The notes under the pieces: model-generated | What the model saw: the letters and a program-made list of their open reading frames with translations, nothing else | Told to the model about the DNA's origin: nothing | Databases searched by the model: none | Program-made: the position numbers and the translations under genes | Assembly (NCBI GenBank): GCA_035084275.1 | Contig: CM068772.1 | Location: 3,100,001 to 3,164,000 of the forward strand | From: Hydrolagus colliei | Taxonomy: Eukaryota | DNA: 64,000 nt | Direction: 5' to 3' | Shown here: positions 62,774-64,000 of the stretch, piece after piece | Layout: each line of letters begins with the position of its first letter | Numbering within the stretch: position 1 is the first letter of the stretch

Positions 62774-64000
62774 CTAGTGTCCAGGCAACGAAGTCAAAGG
62801 GGAAAGCATTTTAGGAAAATTGTGGTAAGTCCAGTGCACAAAATGAAATATATCAGCCTCTATCCTGCATCTCTGAGGCGCTCTAGCGAATGGACTAAGG
62901 AGGATGCCAACTTGATTTGTTTTTAAAAAAAACACCTTTAATGTTGATTTTATTTTTTAAATAAAATTTCTTCCAAGCCATACATTATGATTTGTGAGTT
63001 CATCTTTAAAAATCACACTCAAGTTTACAGAACTGGAACCTTGGTTCCTACTCGCCTTTTTTGTATAAAAAGGTGTGCATTACTGAATGCTATAGACAAT
63101 ATTTCATACAATAGCCAAAATATCTGTTTCAACACCATTGGTTCCAGTTAAACCTAGCAATATTCATGGCGCAGTTTAGCAGAATAGCCATTTATCAAAT
63201 GTATATATAGAATGTACAAGGACTTTTTAATGGTTTAAAATAGAAAACAAACAAGCAAACTTATCATGGTCACTATCCTGCAGTGATCATACAACTCTGG
63301 ATAAGTTCTCCACCATTGCACCCAAAGAATGAGCCAGATGGATATCTTGCTAACTGTAAACATTAATCACAAAGCTTAGAAAGGAAACCTGTACTAAACA
63401 GAAATCAGTTTCCCCAATTCCCTCCTCACTGTGGAAGGCTGCCCACCCTTTCTACCCTAGGAAACTTGTGGACTTGCATTTCGTAAATAGAAATGCAATC
63501 AGTAATTTAAAAAACTGAAATCTACAGACATTTAACAACTACCTACACAAAGGGAATAGTAGTGTGCTTTACTTGACTCTATAGAAGTTGACTCTGTAGA
63601 AGTTATTTTCACACAGGCAGTTATATTGGAGACATTCTCTCTCTCTTAATAAAAATATGTATTAATCATGGTGTCTAGATTATCTTTCCTGTATGTTTTT
63701 TGTGATATATACCTCTGTTGCTATCCTTTCTTGAAGTGTTCTTGTGTCATTCACACTGCCCAGCTGGGTGTACCCAATTTCAATCTGTTCTCATATTCTC
63801 ATTAATGTCACTCTATAACCAGCGACTCAGAAGTGCCTAGGTTATACTTTCTGGAAAGGTATGTGGTAACGATGACAAACCTGAGACTGTAAAACCCACT
63901 GTAGGTAAATATGTGACAAGCTCATTCTGTTACCATTCGTAGGGCTGTATAACACTATATATGAAGACCATTTTCCCTTTTACTGTCTGCGATCCTCCTG

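Noticed and set aside
63575-63604. 15-bp tandem duplication GACTCT(A/G)TAGAAGTT
   Set aside because: Ordinary short slippage duplication in an intron; no further structure.

Overview
Eukaryotic (vertebrate) genomic DNA, most likely a cartilaginous fish, judged from the tRNA-Ala/Deu-type SINEs, L2 LINEs and CR1 LINEs. It holds three intron-split genes whose human counterparts lie on 12q13. (1) The 5' end of LRP1 on the minus strand (exons 1-3, running off the left edge). (2) An almost complete MBD5/MBD6-family gene on the plus strand (11 coding exons, ~1,540 aa, start codon lost in an N-gap). It sits in the MBD6 position, tail-to-tail with DCTN2, but keeps MBD5-like sequence including a half-decayed PWWP region. 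(3) The 3' part of DCTN2 (dynamitin/p50) on the minus strand: 12 ordinary coding exons plus two microexons invisible to the ORF track (9 nt 'FAQ' at 62765-62773; 6 nt 'EL' at 59085-59090), with SRRM3/4-type UGC and RBFOX motifs. Four small frameshifts cluster near the two assembly gaps (one in LRP1 exon 1, three in the MBD gene) and are most likely sequencing errors. Most long ORFs in the track are low-complexity or antisense artefacts. I see no prokaryote-type system (CRISPR, operon). Homology calls rest on my recollection of human protein sequences, not on a database search.
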